NCBI RefSeq assembly: GCF_000150275.1
Contig: NW_002060959.1
Coordinates: forward strand, 122,371-186,370
DNA from: Trichoplax adhaerens
Taxonomy: Eukaryota > Animalia > Placozoa
Direction: 5' to 3'
Length of the DNA: 64,000 nt
Under the pieces are notes generated by a model, which had not been told where the DNA came from, searched no databases, and saw nothing but the letters and a program-made list of their open reading frames with translations. Position 1 is the stretch's first letter. Every line of letters starts with the position of its first letter. Both the position numbers and the translations under genes were made by a program. Shown here piece after piece: positions 37,044 through 49,600 of this stretch.

Positions 37044-39536
37044 GAAAGAAAGGCAAAAGTAATGCAAAATCTATAATTCCATTGCGATAATTTAGTTATG
37101 TATAAATTTGAAGTACTGTTGGTAAACTGATACTAATCTTAAATTAAAAAGGGAATTTCGATTTAACATCATCTAATAACTATCTAATTTTCCTACGATT
37201 GACTACATTGTATAAATTGCTTCAAACTTAGGAATTATGACGTATTAATGATTGAATATTTTCAGGATGTAATAATATCATAAAATTTTATCACTTGTAG
37301 AAATAGTTCTTTGTAGAGTTAATTGGAAATAAATCAAATCAGAAATTTATTGATACCTTACTTTCGTACAAATCATTAAAAAATTTTAGGAAAGAGTATT
37401 AGGATTCAGGTTAGAGTAATGGTTATCAACTAGTCAAATTTCATTATTCGTAAGATGAACAGTTCTCTCATTGCCTAATTTCTATCAATAATGACCTAAA
37501 GTAAACATATTCTAACCTGAATAGATGTGAAATTATTCACTAGCCTATTATATACGTCGAATTTGATCTAAAAATAAATTTTAAATTCGCGCAATTAATT
37601 AAAATTATTACGGTCGTAAGAGTGATTATAAATTAGCCTTTTAAAATATCTATATTATCATTGAGTCTTAGCTAAGAAGCCTTTAAAGATTCATTTTCAG
37701 AGAACTCCATATGTCATAGCTATCTCTTATAGAAGTTGTGGTAGTAAGAGTATAAAACAATGATGACTGCAAGCCCCGCATGAATTAGCTATCTAACTCC
37801 TATTTTGTATTAATTGTACCTCAGCTTTAATTATCACAGCAGCTGTATACTCGATGAATGACCTGTTGTCCATTCTCTTACCAAAATTACTGAAACTGAT
37901 ATTAATAAAACGAAGAACTGTACTGGAACAGCTATGAATTACCGTGTATTAAAGAACGTGTTGATACAATAACTGACAGGCACTTTTTAAATATTTGGCT
38001 ACCATTGGATTCACGCTGTTGAAATTCTGGAATCTGCTAAAACGCACGTGTTAAGGCTGTAAAGTAAAGGGCATCATTTCATAAAAATTGAATCAATTGC
38101 TTGCTAGTGCAAATACAGATCTTAAACTCAAAAATTAAGTTGATACAAATAGATGCCCGTATTTCATGAATAATACAATTGGCTAAATTGGCACTGGTAA
38201 TCATATAATTTTAGACTAGTAAAAGTAGCGGCTCCCGGGACAATAATTTTGCAAGAACATTGCATAGCACTCTTAATAGTTATAACTATCCGATATTCGT
38301 TTAGAATTTCAATGGATAATTTGATAAGTTAGCGCAAAGTGAGTTATTTTCTAGTCAGAGATTGATGTACGCATAAATTGTTTAATCGAATAGGGATTCT
38401 TCAATGTCGACTATAAATTCTAAAATAATGTCGTAGTTGCTCGTAGAGCAGTTTAAAAGTTGTTGTAAAGTACGAGGTACTAAGACTACAACTATTGCTC
38501 CTATCGAGATCTGAAAGAGAAAATCAGCGGTATTTACAGCTTCCTAGATAATCTCATGTAGAAAGTAAGATTGTGGAATTACTGTAAATTTTGATAAAAT
38601 TTAATTGTCAAAAAAGCTATTAGGGCTCTATTTTATTTTATCTTGAAGGATATACTGAAGCGAAGAGAAGAAAACACAATAGTGTGATACATTTTATAGC
38701 TACTTTACTTCGTGGCGCTATCATCATTTATCCACTCTGAATAATAATATAATAGAATATCTCATGACTATGTATAAATCTAGCGATAAATTAATCGGAA
38801 AATTTATATTATTACTCTATCGGCCGTAGTATTAAAAGAATCTACCGTTTATACTACGATACAGAACTAATAATGACATTTCGACCCGTTTCTTGTCAAA
38901 TCTATGATAAAACGTTGTTGATGATGAAGAAATTAATTGCTGTTTTTAATATATAGTAGATGTGAGCCTACTAGAGCATAGTAATGCTATTCGAAAATAC
39001 TTGACTACTGGGACCTAGCAAAGAACAATTAATTCAATAGTTCTTTATTTTCGAACTTTTCTATGCCGAATACGATAATTTTGTGCCATAGGCGTTATAC
39101 GCTTTGGGAATTGACGCTATTAATGGGCAGAAGCCGAAGCTCTATTTTCTTTTTTGTTTTACGCTATAGTTAGTGCCAATTATATTCAGTGTAATTAGTA
39201 AAGTTTACGTAGTCAAACGATGGACCGCCTTATCGATTCGATCATGTCTTACGTTTTCAGTGTGTTCTTACGATGTTCTATTTCTCGATAACAAGTTTAA
39301 CTTATGCAGTAGATTTATCAGCTTTTGCTACAGCAGGTTTTTAACCAAGTAAACATTTGTGGTACTTATTGATAATTACAGATCTTGCCACCATTGAGGA
39401 TAATTATTATACAACAAGATATAGGAAGCTGAAATAGTATTAGTTTGAGTTACAGAAGAACTTTTAGTTAATCAATAAAGCCCTCAATTTCAAGGGGTCA
39501 ATCATTTTGTTATGTATTAAACTCTCTATTTCTATC

Positions 39537-41186
39537 ATGGCTAAAACGGAAAAGACATCGATCTTATTGAAAGATAAAAATCTTGAAGATGTTGCCACTA
39601 AAGATTCTGCACCTTTACTAAGTGAGAGCAAAAATTTATCCGATTTAGAACAATCTGAAGAAGAAATATATCAGACGGTAACTATTGATTATATCATGAA
39701 CAAGCAAAGATTTGGATTATTCCATTGCTTAATAATTATTGTTTGTGGGCTATGCTACAGTGGTCATGCTATATTTTACCAAGCAATCGGATTCATAACT
39801 ATTACTGCTAGCGATTTGGTTATTAATGCTGATAATCACTTTTGGCTGAGTTTTTCTTTTACCATTGGGATTATCTTCGGTAGTGGCTTACTAGGTAGCT
39901 TAGGTGACGTCTTCGGAAGAAGAAGAATTATTTTGGCGTCTTTGGCAATAAACTTAATAACCACTTTGGTTTCAGTCTTTGCCTATAACTACACTATGTT
40001 GGTAGTTTTAACAGCTATCAATGGATTAGGTTTTAGTGGTATTATATCTAATGTGCATTCTTATGCAATTGAATTTTTTTCTCGAGATTATCGTGGTTGG
40101 GCTTTGGCTTGTGTAACATCCATTTCAATACTAGGAAGTATTTTTAGTACAGTACTTGCTGCTTTGACGTTAAATTATCGTTTTCATGTTCCAGTTGGCC
40201 AGATATACTTTACCAGTTGGCGATTATATTTAATTCTTTGCAGTCTTCCTATTTTGGCAGGTTTCTGTTCGCTCCTATTTATGCCAAACAGCTTACGGCA
40301 TACTTTAAGAAAAGGGAATACAGAGAAAATTGTACAGATTTCTGAAAAGATAACACGAATCAATTCATTTGTAAAACGAGGAAGTAGAAGTGATAATTAT
40401 AAATACATTACTTTATCTCATTCCTACTTAGCTAAAACTCATATTAATGGTACAAATCTGACTCAAGAATATCAAATTACTCATAAATTATGCGATCATA
40501 GCCGGAAATTTAAAGAGACACCCTGGCATAAAAGAGCATGGCTACTTCTGATCGTATGGTTTGGATATAGTTTTACGGCTCACGGACTATTAATGTGGCT
40601 GCCATCGTTACTAACTTATTACGTAAATGGCAACACCTGTCGATCAGTTAATCATGCTAGTAAAAACTTGCCTTGGAATAGAAATTATATGATCATCTTT
40701 AACGGTTCAGAGTATCTAGACAACCGAGACAGTAAGTTATCATCAGCACTGACTCGCATAATGCTAAGTAATATATTATCGATACCGTTGACTTTATCCT
40801 GCATTTTATTAGTTGGTCGTAATGGTAGGAAAGGCTTATTTTGCACAATATCCATAGGATGTGGAATAATTGTATTACTGATATGGTTAATTGATTCATC
40901 TATGAGTGCTATGATCTTGGTCTGTTTTTTCGTAGCTTTTTCAATGAATGGTTGGATTCCTTTTACCGTTTGGACTACGGAATTATTTCCAACAGAAATA
41001 AGATCAACTGCTCTCGGAATTTTTAATGCTATTGGTCATATTGGAACTTTATGTGGCACGATTGTGTTTCCTTTACTTTTTTATATCGACTGCACAGCAA
41101 GTCTTTTGCTTTATTGTATCGCTTTATTAGTAGCTGGAATTGTAGCAATCTACATTCAAGACACTGTAAATGTTGATATTGGATGA
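39537..41186 (+). CDS. SV2/SVOP-like MFS transporter (~549 aa from ATG 39537)
   Basis: GSLGDVFGRRR, EFFSRDYRG, SWRLY, ELFPTEIRS. Confidence 0.9.
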   Translation: MAKTEKTSILLKDKNLEDVATKDSAPLLSESKNLSDLEQSEEEIYQTVTIDYIMNKQRFGLFHCLIIIVCGLCYSGHAIFYQAIGFITITASDLVINADNHFWLSFSFTIGIIFGSGLLGSLGDVFGRRRIILASLAINLITTLVSVFAYNYTMLVVLTAINGLGFSGIISNVHSYAIEFFSRDYRGWALACVTSISILGSIFSTVLAALTLNYRFHVPVGQIYFTSWRLYLILCSLPILAGFCSLLFMPNSLRHTLRKGNTEKIVQISEKITRINSFVKRGSRSDNYKYITLSHSYLAKTHINGTNLTQEYQITHKLCDHSRKFKETPWHKRAWLLLIVWFGYSFTAHGLLMWLPSLLTYYVNGNTCRSVNHASKNLPWNRNYMIIFNGSEYLDNRDSKLSSALTRIMLSNILSIPLTLSCILLVGRNGRKGLFCTISIGCGIIVLLIWLIDSSMSAMILVCFFVAFSMNGWIPFTVWTTELFPTEIRSTALGIFNAIGHIGTLCGTIVFPLLFYIDCTASLLLYCIALLVAGIVAIYIQDTVNVDIG

Positions 41187-42162
41187 AGAAAAATTCATCG
41201 TTATAGTAGATCAATAAACAGGTAGATTTAACTTACCTCTTTAATATTTAATAAATGCTGCCAATAATCATTTCCTGTGACTCTAGTCTACAAAATTGCT
41301 ATACATATGATTTAAGTTACAGAGATCTGAAAGATTAAAATAAATTTGGAAGAGAAATACTAATATTTGTAGGCTTACATAGCAGCAGAACTTGAAGCAA
41401 ACGCATTTATTACTACTGAATATTTGATAGAATCTAATAACGGATAGAGGTGAAGCATAACCTGGCATCGGTTTAAAACATTCCCAAGGTCTCTCAATTT
41501 TCATATGCCATTTATTTGACTTTTGAGATAAAGTAAAGTAGAAAGTATATTTTGAATTTATATCACTGACAAGGACGGATATGATATTAAATAGCAAGAA
41601 ATTTAATTTCGTACTACAAAATGTCATTTTTCTTAATGGTAATTAATATCTTCTGTAACACCGTCGTTTCATTATTTGTGTAGATGCTTGGTAAATAAAG
41701 ATAGAACTATATGATAATACCTGCAAATTTATCATTTATGAGAGAAGAGTCAAAGTAACAGCCCTTGACATAATTTGAGCAATGAAATTATTACTGTTCT
41801 ACTGTATATTCCAGTAAATTTGATCGTTTCTATATGATTCCTTAACATCTACAATTTAACGTAAAAATATTTTGTTATACAGATCTAAAGAGACCAAATA
41901 TTATTTCATTTATATAATTTGCGCATTATTCAATCTTAATGTTTCATTTTGCTTAAGAAATATAATCTGATCAGCAATACAAATTAAATACCAAGCTGTA
42001 GTAGCTAATATCTCTATACGCGTAGAGGTGACGGATCAGCTTTGACGATTATTTTTCTCTTATAAATGATAATAGAATTAGCAATATATATACTGAATTA
42101 TTTAGTTCCTCGTAAAATCCTTAGCAATCAAGTTCAATCTACAGTATTTCATTTGATAGTAT

Positions 42163-42410
42163 TAATTATCGTATGAAATAAATGAGGTCGTACTAATATA
42201 GTAGAATATTAAAACTAGCATAGTATAAACAAATGTTTAACGAGGCAATCGTAGACTCGCAACAATGATAGCTGCGATAGCTTGAAGTATTTTGTTCTCA
42301 TGAAATCTTTCGCAATTAAATTCGACCAATCCCGATTGACAATTATTGTATGAAATAAATGAAATCATACTGCTACAGTAGAATATTGAAACTAGCATAA
42401 CTTAGCTACA
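42163..42410. repeat. Degenerate direct repeat (~60-bp core, ~178 bp apart)
   Basis: aattat(c/t)gtatgaaataaatga..agtagaatatt(a/g)aaactagcata occurs twice. Confidence 0.7.
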
Positions 42411-43361
42411 TGATTAATAGTACACTCGTAGCTATGATAGATGAAAATTGATTGAAGTTTTGGTTTATGAACGGTGGCAGTTATCGGATACGACACGGAC
42501 TGATATTAGATTCGATTAGAGATTGATTCTCGTACTCGATTCATTTGCTAAGGTGTACTATTAGATTTCTCACTAGGAATATTCCCGATGGTTAAGTTAC
42601 TGATATGGAATGACAGCTATCAGCTTGAGAGAATAGTGGAAAGCACGTTCATCAGTAATATAAGAGTAACGAATAGAATCTCCAATTTATTCTTGAAATC
42701 CCTTGAGCGTAACAGCAAGACGTACTAACAATAGCGAACTTGATGTCATCTTGTATCTCCTAGTTTACAATAGATATTTTTCGTAATCTTTGATTTGGAT
42801 GAACTTATTTGAATAGTATTACCCTGAGAATTAAGCCACAATGCCATAATCTGTTTTTACGTACGATTCAATCGCTGTCATGGGAATATTTGCCTTCCAA
42901 CCTGAAAGTTCTCCCTCCCGTCCTAACGAATGGGGAAAAGTCTAAAATTGTACGAGAATATACAGTATATTAGTCTGTTACAATAATATATTCCCATATT
43001 CCCTTTTTTGTATCGAAGACATTTACTACTTCACTACTATTCTACAGAGTTACATTCAATTTTTTTAAACAGTTGAAATCTAATTAAACGGCTAAAACTC
43101 TACTGGATAAAAAGCAAATTTTAGCACATTAATCATATTAACTCTTTGTCTGTAACAAGATTGTTACTGGTATTTACTGATTTTTTCCTACACTGCTCTG
43201 ATATTATTTGTGGATGTATCAAATCAACAACGGTTAAGAAGAGAATTTACTATTAATTAAAGATAGTAGCGCATCGGTTGATATTAGAAATCCTAGTTGG
43301 TGTCCTGTAATAATTTGGAAATATATCGGCCCTGTATGATTTAGAATCACATCGTTTGAAG

Positions 43362-44975
43362 ATGAAATCACATCCTGAAGACGAAAGTACGGCCAGCACA
43401 CCTTTACTGGATAGCCATAAGGACACATTAGATTGTGATGACAGAAGTGATCCGCCACAAAATCTTTCAAATATTGATGTCATCCTTGATCAAATAGAAA
43501 TTGGATTATTTCATTATTTAATTACTCTATCAAGTGGTTTCTGTTATGGCACTGGTGCTGTTTTTTTTAATGTTATCAGTTTTTTAATCGTTACTGCTTG
43601 TGATCTAGATATTACTAGGGAAAATCGAGGTTGGTTAAGTCTCTCGGTCGTGTGTGGCTTGATTGTTGGTAGTCTTACCTTAGGTAAATTGGGCGATACC
43701 ATCGGAAGAAGGAGAGTACTGATTCTATCTTCGACATTAATTCTATTTTCAAACTTAGCTTCTGCTTTTGCAGTAAATTATAACATGATCGTTATATTAG
43801 GCCCATTAAGTGGCATTAGTCTAGGAGGTATCTTCTCTAATAGTCACATATACTTAATAGAGTTTTTTCCTCGCAGCTATCGGGGTATATCAGTCGCAGC
43901 AATGACAGCTTTTGTTATATTCGGAGGTATCTACAGTTGCCTAATCGCTATGGCGACATTATCCCATCCATTTTATATTCCTATCGGATCAATCTATTTT
44001 AGTCACTGGCGCCTTTATATCCTTGTTGCCTCTTTACCTACTTTAATAAGTTTATTATCGCTGTTTTGCCTACCAGATAGTATCCGATATATACTGAAAG
44101 CAAAGCAACCTATTCAAGCGCTACAAGTCATAGATAGAATTAATCGCATCAATTCATTTTATTTTATTATTAAGCGAAATCGGCATTCTGAACCAAAGAA
44201 GATAGAGAAATACTTAGCAAACTGGGTCGCAAACAATGAATCAGATTTAAATTGCTCTCCCAGTAAAAAGAATGAAACATTTATAGGACATATTCTGCGA
44301 TTTAAAGAATCACCTTTCTGCGGAAGATTAATACTATTAACTATCGCTTGGTTTGGATTCGGTTTAGCATTTCATGGTCTAAGACAATGGTTGCCTGTGA
44401 TAATTGCATATTACATTAATGGCAATTCTTGCAAACTTGGATATAGTAGAGCGAATCTTAATGAGACAATGAGCAACTTAAACCAAACTCTTTCGAATAG
44501 TATCAGTTGCTTACAAGGCTCTAAATTAATAAATACAATTAGCGATATATTATTCGGTAGTTGCTTAGCTGCACCAGTGGCAATTTTATGCACTATATTT
44601 ATTAATCGAACCGGAAGAAAATTGCTGTTTATTACTGTAGCTACCTTAACTGGTTTATCTATTTTCTTAATATGGTTAATTGATAAAACAATTACCGCCC
44701 AGATATTCGCCACTATATTTACCACAATAGCTGTTAACGGATGGATTCCTCTCGAATTATGGAGCGCAGAGCTGTTTCCAACGGAACTAAGAGCATCAGC
44801 AGTAGGCTTCGTCAATTTTATATCTGGACTCGGATTTCTTCTCGGTATATTGACATTTTCGTTAATATTTCACGTAAGTTGTACAGCTACTTTATTACTA
44901 CCTGCTATCTTATGTACGTTCGGCGGATTATTATCTTGCCTACTACCAGATACGACAGGAGCTGATATAGATTAA
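43362..44975 (+). CDS. SV2/SVOP-like MFS transporter (~537 aa from ATG 43362)
   Basis: GKLGDTIGRRR, ACDL, EFFPRSYRG, ELFPTELRA, LPDT. Confidence 0.9.
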   Translation: MKSHPEDESTASTPLLDSHKDTLDCDDRSDPPQNLSNIDVILDQIEIGLFHYLITLSSGFCYGTGAVFFNVISFLIVTACDLDITRENRGWLSLSVVCGLIVGSLTLGKLGDTIGRRRVLILSSTLILFSNLASAFAVNYNMIVILGPLSGISLGGIFSNSHIYLIEFFPRSYRGISVAAMTAFVIFGGIYSCLIAMATLSHPFYIPIGSIYFSHWRLYILVASLPTLISLLSLFCLPDSIRYILKAKQPIQALQVIDRINRINSFYFIIKRNRHSEPKKIEKYLANWVANNESDLNCSPSKKNETFIGHILRFKESPFCGRLILLTIAWFGFGLAFHGLRQWLPVIIAYYINGNSCKLGYSRANLNETMSNLNQTLSNSISCLQGSKLINTISDILFGSCLAAPVAILCTIFINRTGRKLLFITVATLTGLSIFLIWLIDKTITAQIFATIFTTIAVNGWIPLELWSAELFPTELRASAVGFVNFISGLGFLLGILTFSLIFHVSCTATLLLPAILCTFGGLLSCLLPDTTGADID

Positions 44976-45919
44976 TTCGATCCGATTGTGTCGATAACAC
45001 ATCGTGGATTTCGTAGTGTAACCTTTGCATAGTTAGTATTCTATAACTTGAAATTAATCGAAAGCAATATTTACTTCTATTTACATTGTTATTAATATAT
45101 AGGCTATAGTAAAATTAATATTTTGTTTTGTGTTGAATGGTATGGCTTGTCTATCATAATCGTTATAAATGGCAATAGCATGTGTGTAAATGCTTGTAGA
45201 CAAAATCTATTTAAACGATTGGACAATTAATAAAAGTTAGTTCTTAGTTCCTAAGGTTAAAAGTATAACGGAAATCGAAGGCGTACTAATTATTGCGAGA
45301 TCGTAGATTCGATCACAACGTTATCTTGTCACACGGGAGTTTGTGACAATTGTATATAGTATACCAACTATGTATACTATCATATCCTACGCAACGCTTG
45401 CCACAACTACTCTTGCGGCACAAGAAAATAGCACGGTACTTGTAATAAACTTTACTTTAATCCGAAGAACTACTTCCCCTAGCCTACGGTATAGTAGCTG
45501 GAATCTTTGCGAAATACTAACTCGCTCAACACAATATACGATATAAAGCTATTACACAACTTAGCCTTAACCTGGATTATTTTTTATTTATCATAGTCCT
45601 TCTTATATACTCTTTCAGTAGTTCTTTGCACATTTACTATGCTGCTGACATATTTACAAAGATCTTATTACGATTGAATTTTCAATTACGGACATTCAAG
45701 GTAATAAACAATTTCATACGTAAATCTACTTCGACAGTAAAGGCCTATCAAGCTCCTAAGTTCTCGACACCTACTTACAACATATTACTATATCATCATA
45801 TTACCATTATAACTTAGGTTATTAATAACAATAGCTATTCCTAAGTAGTAGCTCATACTCTTAAAAAGTTAAAAAAATGTTATCTAAGCTACACTTGCAT
45901 ATCTAAGTTATTTTATGAC

Positions 45920-46277
45920 TGTAACAACGCTATATTTATTAGATTGTACGTTTAATACGATGTAATAATATATATAGCATTAACACATTGAGATTGCTAT
46001 TGTGTTTGCGTTAATTCGATATTACTTGAATTTAAGTTGCTAATATCACAGGTTACATAATAATAATCGTGATTGATTATTTATAGTATTCTACACGTAC
46101 GATATTCCACACTTGCTAATTCTACGTCTTAATTGTAGAATGTGCTGCGTACACTAAAGAATCTATTGCTACACGTACTTGCAATTACATTGCGTTATAA
46201 GTGTGAACGGTGCGCGTATATATGCCGCGTGTTTCAATGTAATAAAGAGAGAGTAGGATTTAGAACTTAGTTTTACA
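45920..46277 (+). mobile_element. Probable solo LTR (family B), 358 bp
   Basis: TGTAA...TTACA termini; flanks ATGAC/ATAAC (4/5 TSD); TATATAT then AATAAA near the 3' end; single copy in the window. Confidence 0.55.
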
Positions 46278-48028
46278 ATAACTATAACTACGTGTTCTAT
46301 TTCTTGTCTCCATACTAATTGAGAATAGTACAAGCCTTTAGTACAGTTATTATTGTTAACTGTAGATAGTAATATACAACATATATCTCTTTGTCACAGT
46401 GTGAATTATTCACTGTAACTGATTTGTTTATGAAACACTCAATGCTACAGTAAGATATTACATTTACTATGATAGGTGTTTAGATTCAGTTTGTTGCAAT
46501 GTTATTTATCTGTAAACGGGCCTGAAGTGTGCTCAATTATTATGTCATTATTTACGATAAAATTATTGCGTATGCAGGCTCTCTTATAAAGTTTATTATA
46601 ATTTCTGAACTTGTGTAAGAAAATATTGTTATTATCTAAGTTTTTTTTCAATCTTCGTGTTGTTACTAATCTCCGATTGGCCTTAGCCAGTCGCACATAA
46701 CTATATCGCGTTATATACGATATTCGTGTTACTATAAAAAATACAAATAAAGTTTGTATTTATTAGCAATAAAGTTAGATGTAGATCGGGCGGTTACAAG
46801 CCAACTCTCTTGGATCAGCTTAACTGAGGAACTAGTTAGTTGAATAGTTTTTTATCGATACTGTTCCACGTGTGAGTTCAGAGAGTACGACAATTTTAGA
46901 TCTGGCGACCCCTTTTTGCTACAAAGAGCTGATTGTAACACAGTTATATTACAATCTTACATTGTATATATCTTAACATAGATATATGACCGGATTATTG
47001 AATTCTAACTCGAATGAAGTTGTGCTAAAAATGCGGTATGCTAAGATAGTTAGATACTAATTAAAATCTACTACTATCAAAGTAAATTAGTTATTTCTTT
47101 TAAAGCTACAATACAAAATAAATTCTCGAAGGAGAATTCTGCAAATTAAAATTCATTACAGCTGCATTTACACATACGTAGTGGAAGCATTTTATAACCC
47201 TTTAGGATCGCAATCAATCACTTAAAATTTGCGTTCAAAATTGATCAAATCTTTAATTGAGGCGATATAATTTGGTCAACACCGCGTTTAACCTTAAAGT
47301 CTTGTTTATTGATAGTACCCCTGACCGATAAAAGATTCATTTTTCTTCTCCCCATAGTAACACTTGATAATGGTTACAATAAACTGGATAATCAACTACT
47401 TAGCCTCTATCACAGCAATTCCATACAAGTTAAGAATTATATAAATACATTAGACAAAATGTAACTTTATGTAGATGTCAGCCAAGTCTTTATACGAATA
47501 ATACAATTGCATCGTTCATCATACCAGTCATGATGATACAATTACTTTATTTAACATAGTAGATTATTCTACTTTCAAACTGTCAGGACATGTAATCTTG
47601 GCATCCTAATATTTAAGGTACAGATGTATTTTGTGGCAATGATCACTATTTTTTACTCGATTTCAGAAATTCAAGTTATGATCTTGCTATAGAGCTATTG
47701 CTGTTAAGGCTGTTAATTTGCTCACAGCGGTACACTGTCTGTCTGTCTATCGGTTATGGTTGTTTAGCCAATTAATTACATGTCGGTGTGAATGTAATTA
47801 GATGTTTATTAGTCCTAGACTACAACTTGCTTATGTTGTAGATTTGGTCTGCTAGAAATCAGCCAATAAGATAATTAGGGTCAAATTTCTATTAAATTCA
47901 TCATTACGACTTCAACGATCTGATGACCTCATGATATCATTCCGGATGTTATTATGATAAATTATTGTGATTATTAAGAAAAGCATCAATTCATATTCCG
48001 TTGTCCTCATTATTGTTGGTTTAAAGCC

Positions 48029-49600
48029 ATGACTCGACTTAGAGCTAACATTGAAGATTCAGATGATCTCTTTATTGATGATGAAGTTCCTTGTAATGAT
48101 AGATCTACATTACTAGGAGATAGGAGTAGCAAGCAGGAAACAAAGCGACGAAAAAGATCTGCTAAATTCAGAAAAAAGCTGGGCCGTATTGGTAATAATA
48201 TAGGACTAGGTTTCTTTCATTTCTTACCTTTATTCGATGTAAACAACTTTCAGGTAACTTTTTCATTGTTTGCAAAGCATTAGACATTATTTTCGTGATA
48301 TTTTACCGCTTGATAGTCATCACAGCGATCGAAATTGATTCCTCGATAAAGTGAATTTTAGTCTTCGTAAAAAGTTGAGCATTTTGGCAACGCGTAATGT
48401 TATTAGAATTAGTAACTATTAAACGAGGGTCGTAAAGTTATCATCTCGGGTATGGAATTAATTAGTCGTAACTAAAAGGTCTCTATTACTTACTTCTGGA
48501 AGAGAATGATACCTGGATAAATTGAATTTCTATCTTAATAGAGCAAACTCAGGGTCGTGCTGTTATATATATACTATGGCTTCCATCTCCTCTTCGATTT
48601 GTTGCTTTTTACTAAGGGGGGTGTACAACGCTTCTTCTAAATTAATCAGGGAAAGTAATTTAATGGAATCTCTTCTTCATAGAGCATGATTTCCAATCTT
48701 CGAATGATGTCGTTGCTAAAATCTCGGATAAATTAAATTCTAAATATATCGTAGGAAGTTGCTAGGAAAGCAGCTATCGCATTGCTATCAAGTAGTAAGC
48801 AAACTTGGATGCATTATTGAATCTATGCCATAGATAGTACCTAAACACTTTACAAGCAAAGGCGATTACGATTAAAGCAATATTACGATCTTAGGAGAGG
48901 TATGGCATATGTGAAACTAATGAAAAAGCTTAAGATAACTACACTGCAAAAGGAAGTAAAGGTACTCCGGTACTGAAGCTTGCTCACTCATTGAAAAGAA
49001 ATAATTTCACTCAATTTCGACAGTAAAATGAAATCAAGTGAAGTCCAAAAGATCAAACTGCTGATGGCTAGAATTACTTAAATTTGTTAAACTCGTAGAT
49101 TATGCAGCTATTGGAATTTTAATGCTTTACTTCAATACAAGCTGATATTCCTACTGAAGTAATTCGAGATTGACGACTGCAAATGCACCTGTACTTGTAA
49201 TGATATAGTTAAGAAATTAAGCATAGAACGGAATCATAAACGATGAAATTAAGGTAACTAATTATTCTATTATTTGCATCTGCAACAGCAGTTCTGTACT
49301 ACTGCCCCAAAAACTCTGACCAGCCGTTGTGTTTTACGTGATAAAGTTATACAGGAATAAGCTTTGAGTGCTTAATTTTATTGATAACTGGCCGAAATCG
49401 ATTCATCTTTTAATAAACAGTTTTAATTTTAAAAGAAAAAATTGAAGAGCTTTGCTGCAACATCTTGAAGTTGTGATATATTAATATTGCTATTGATTCA
49501 GAAGCTTTAACAGCTTAATTCTTTTATAAACTTTTCTCCTATTCTTAAGCATTTGTACCTGCTTTTCTATTTTTTGCCTCCGATACCCAAATTAGTACTT
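48029..49600 (+). pseudogene. Heavily degraded SV2-like transporter pseudogene
   Basis: The N-terminus DRSTLL...IGLGFFHF matches the family. Scattered remnants (GRK ~48428, IEF ~48521, TGR ~49387, DT ~49582) occur at the expected spacing. The 3' end is approximate. Confidence 0.6.

Noticed and set aside
696-45350. Short GTCAC/GTGAC hairpins (~696, ~6668, ~45326) as Helitron 3' ends
   Set aside because: No CTRR terminus at the expected distance and no shared upstream sequence.
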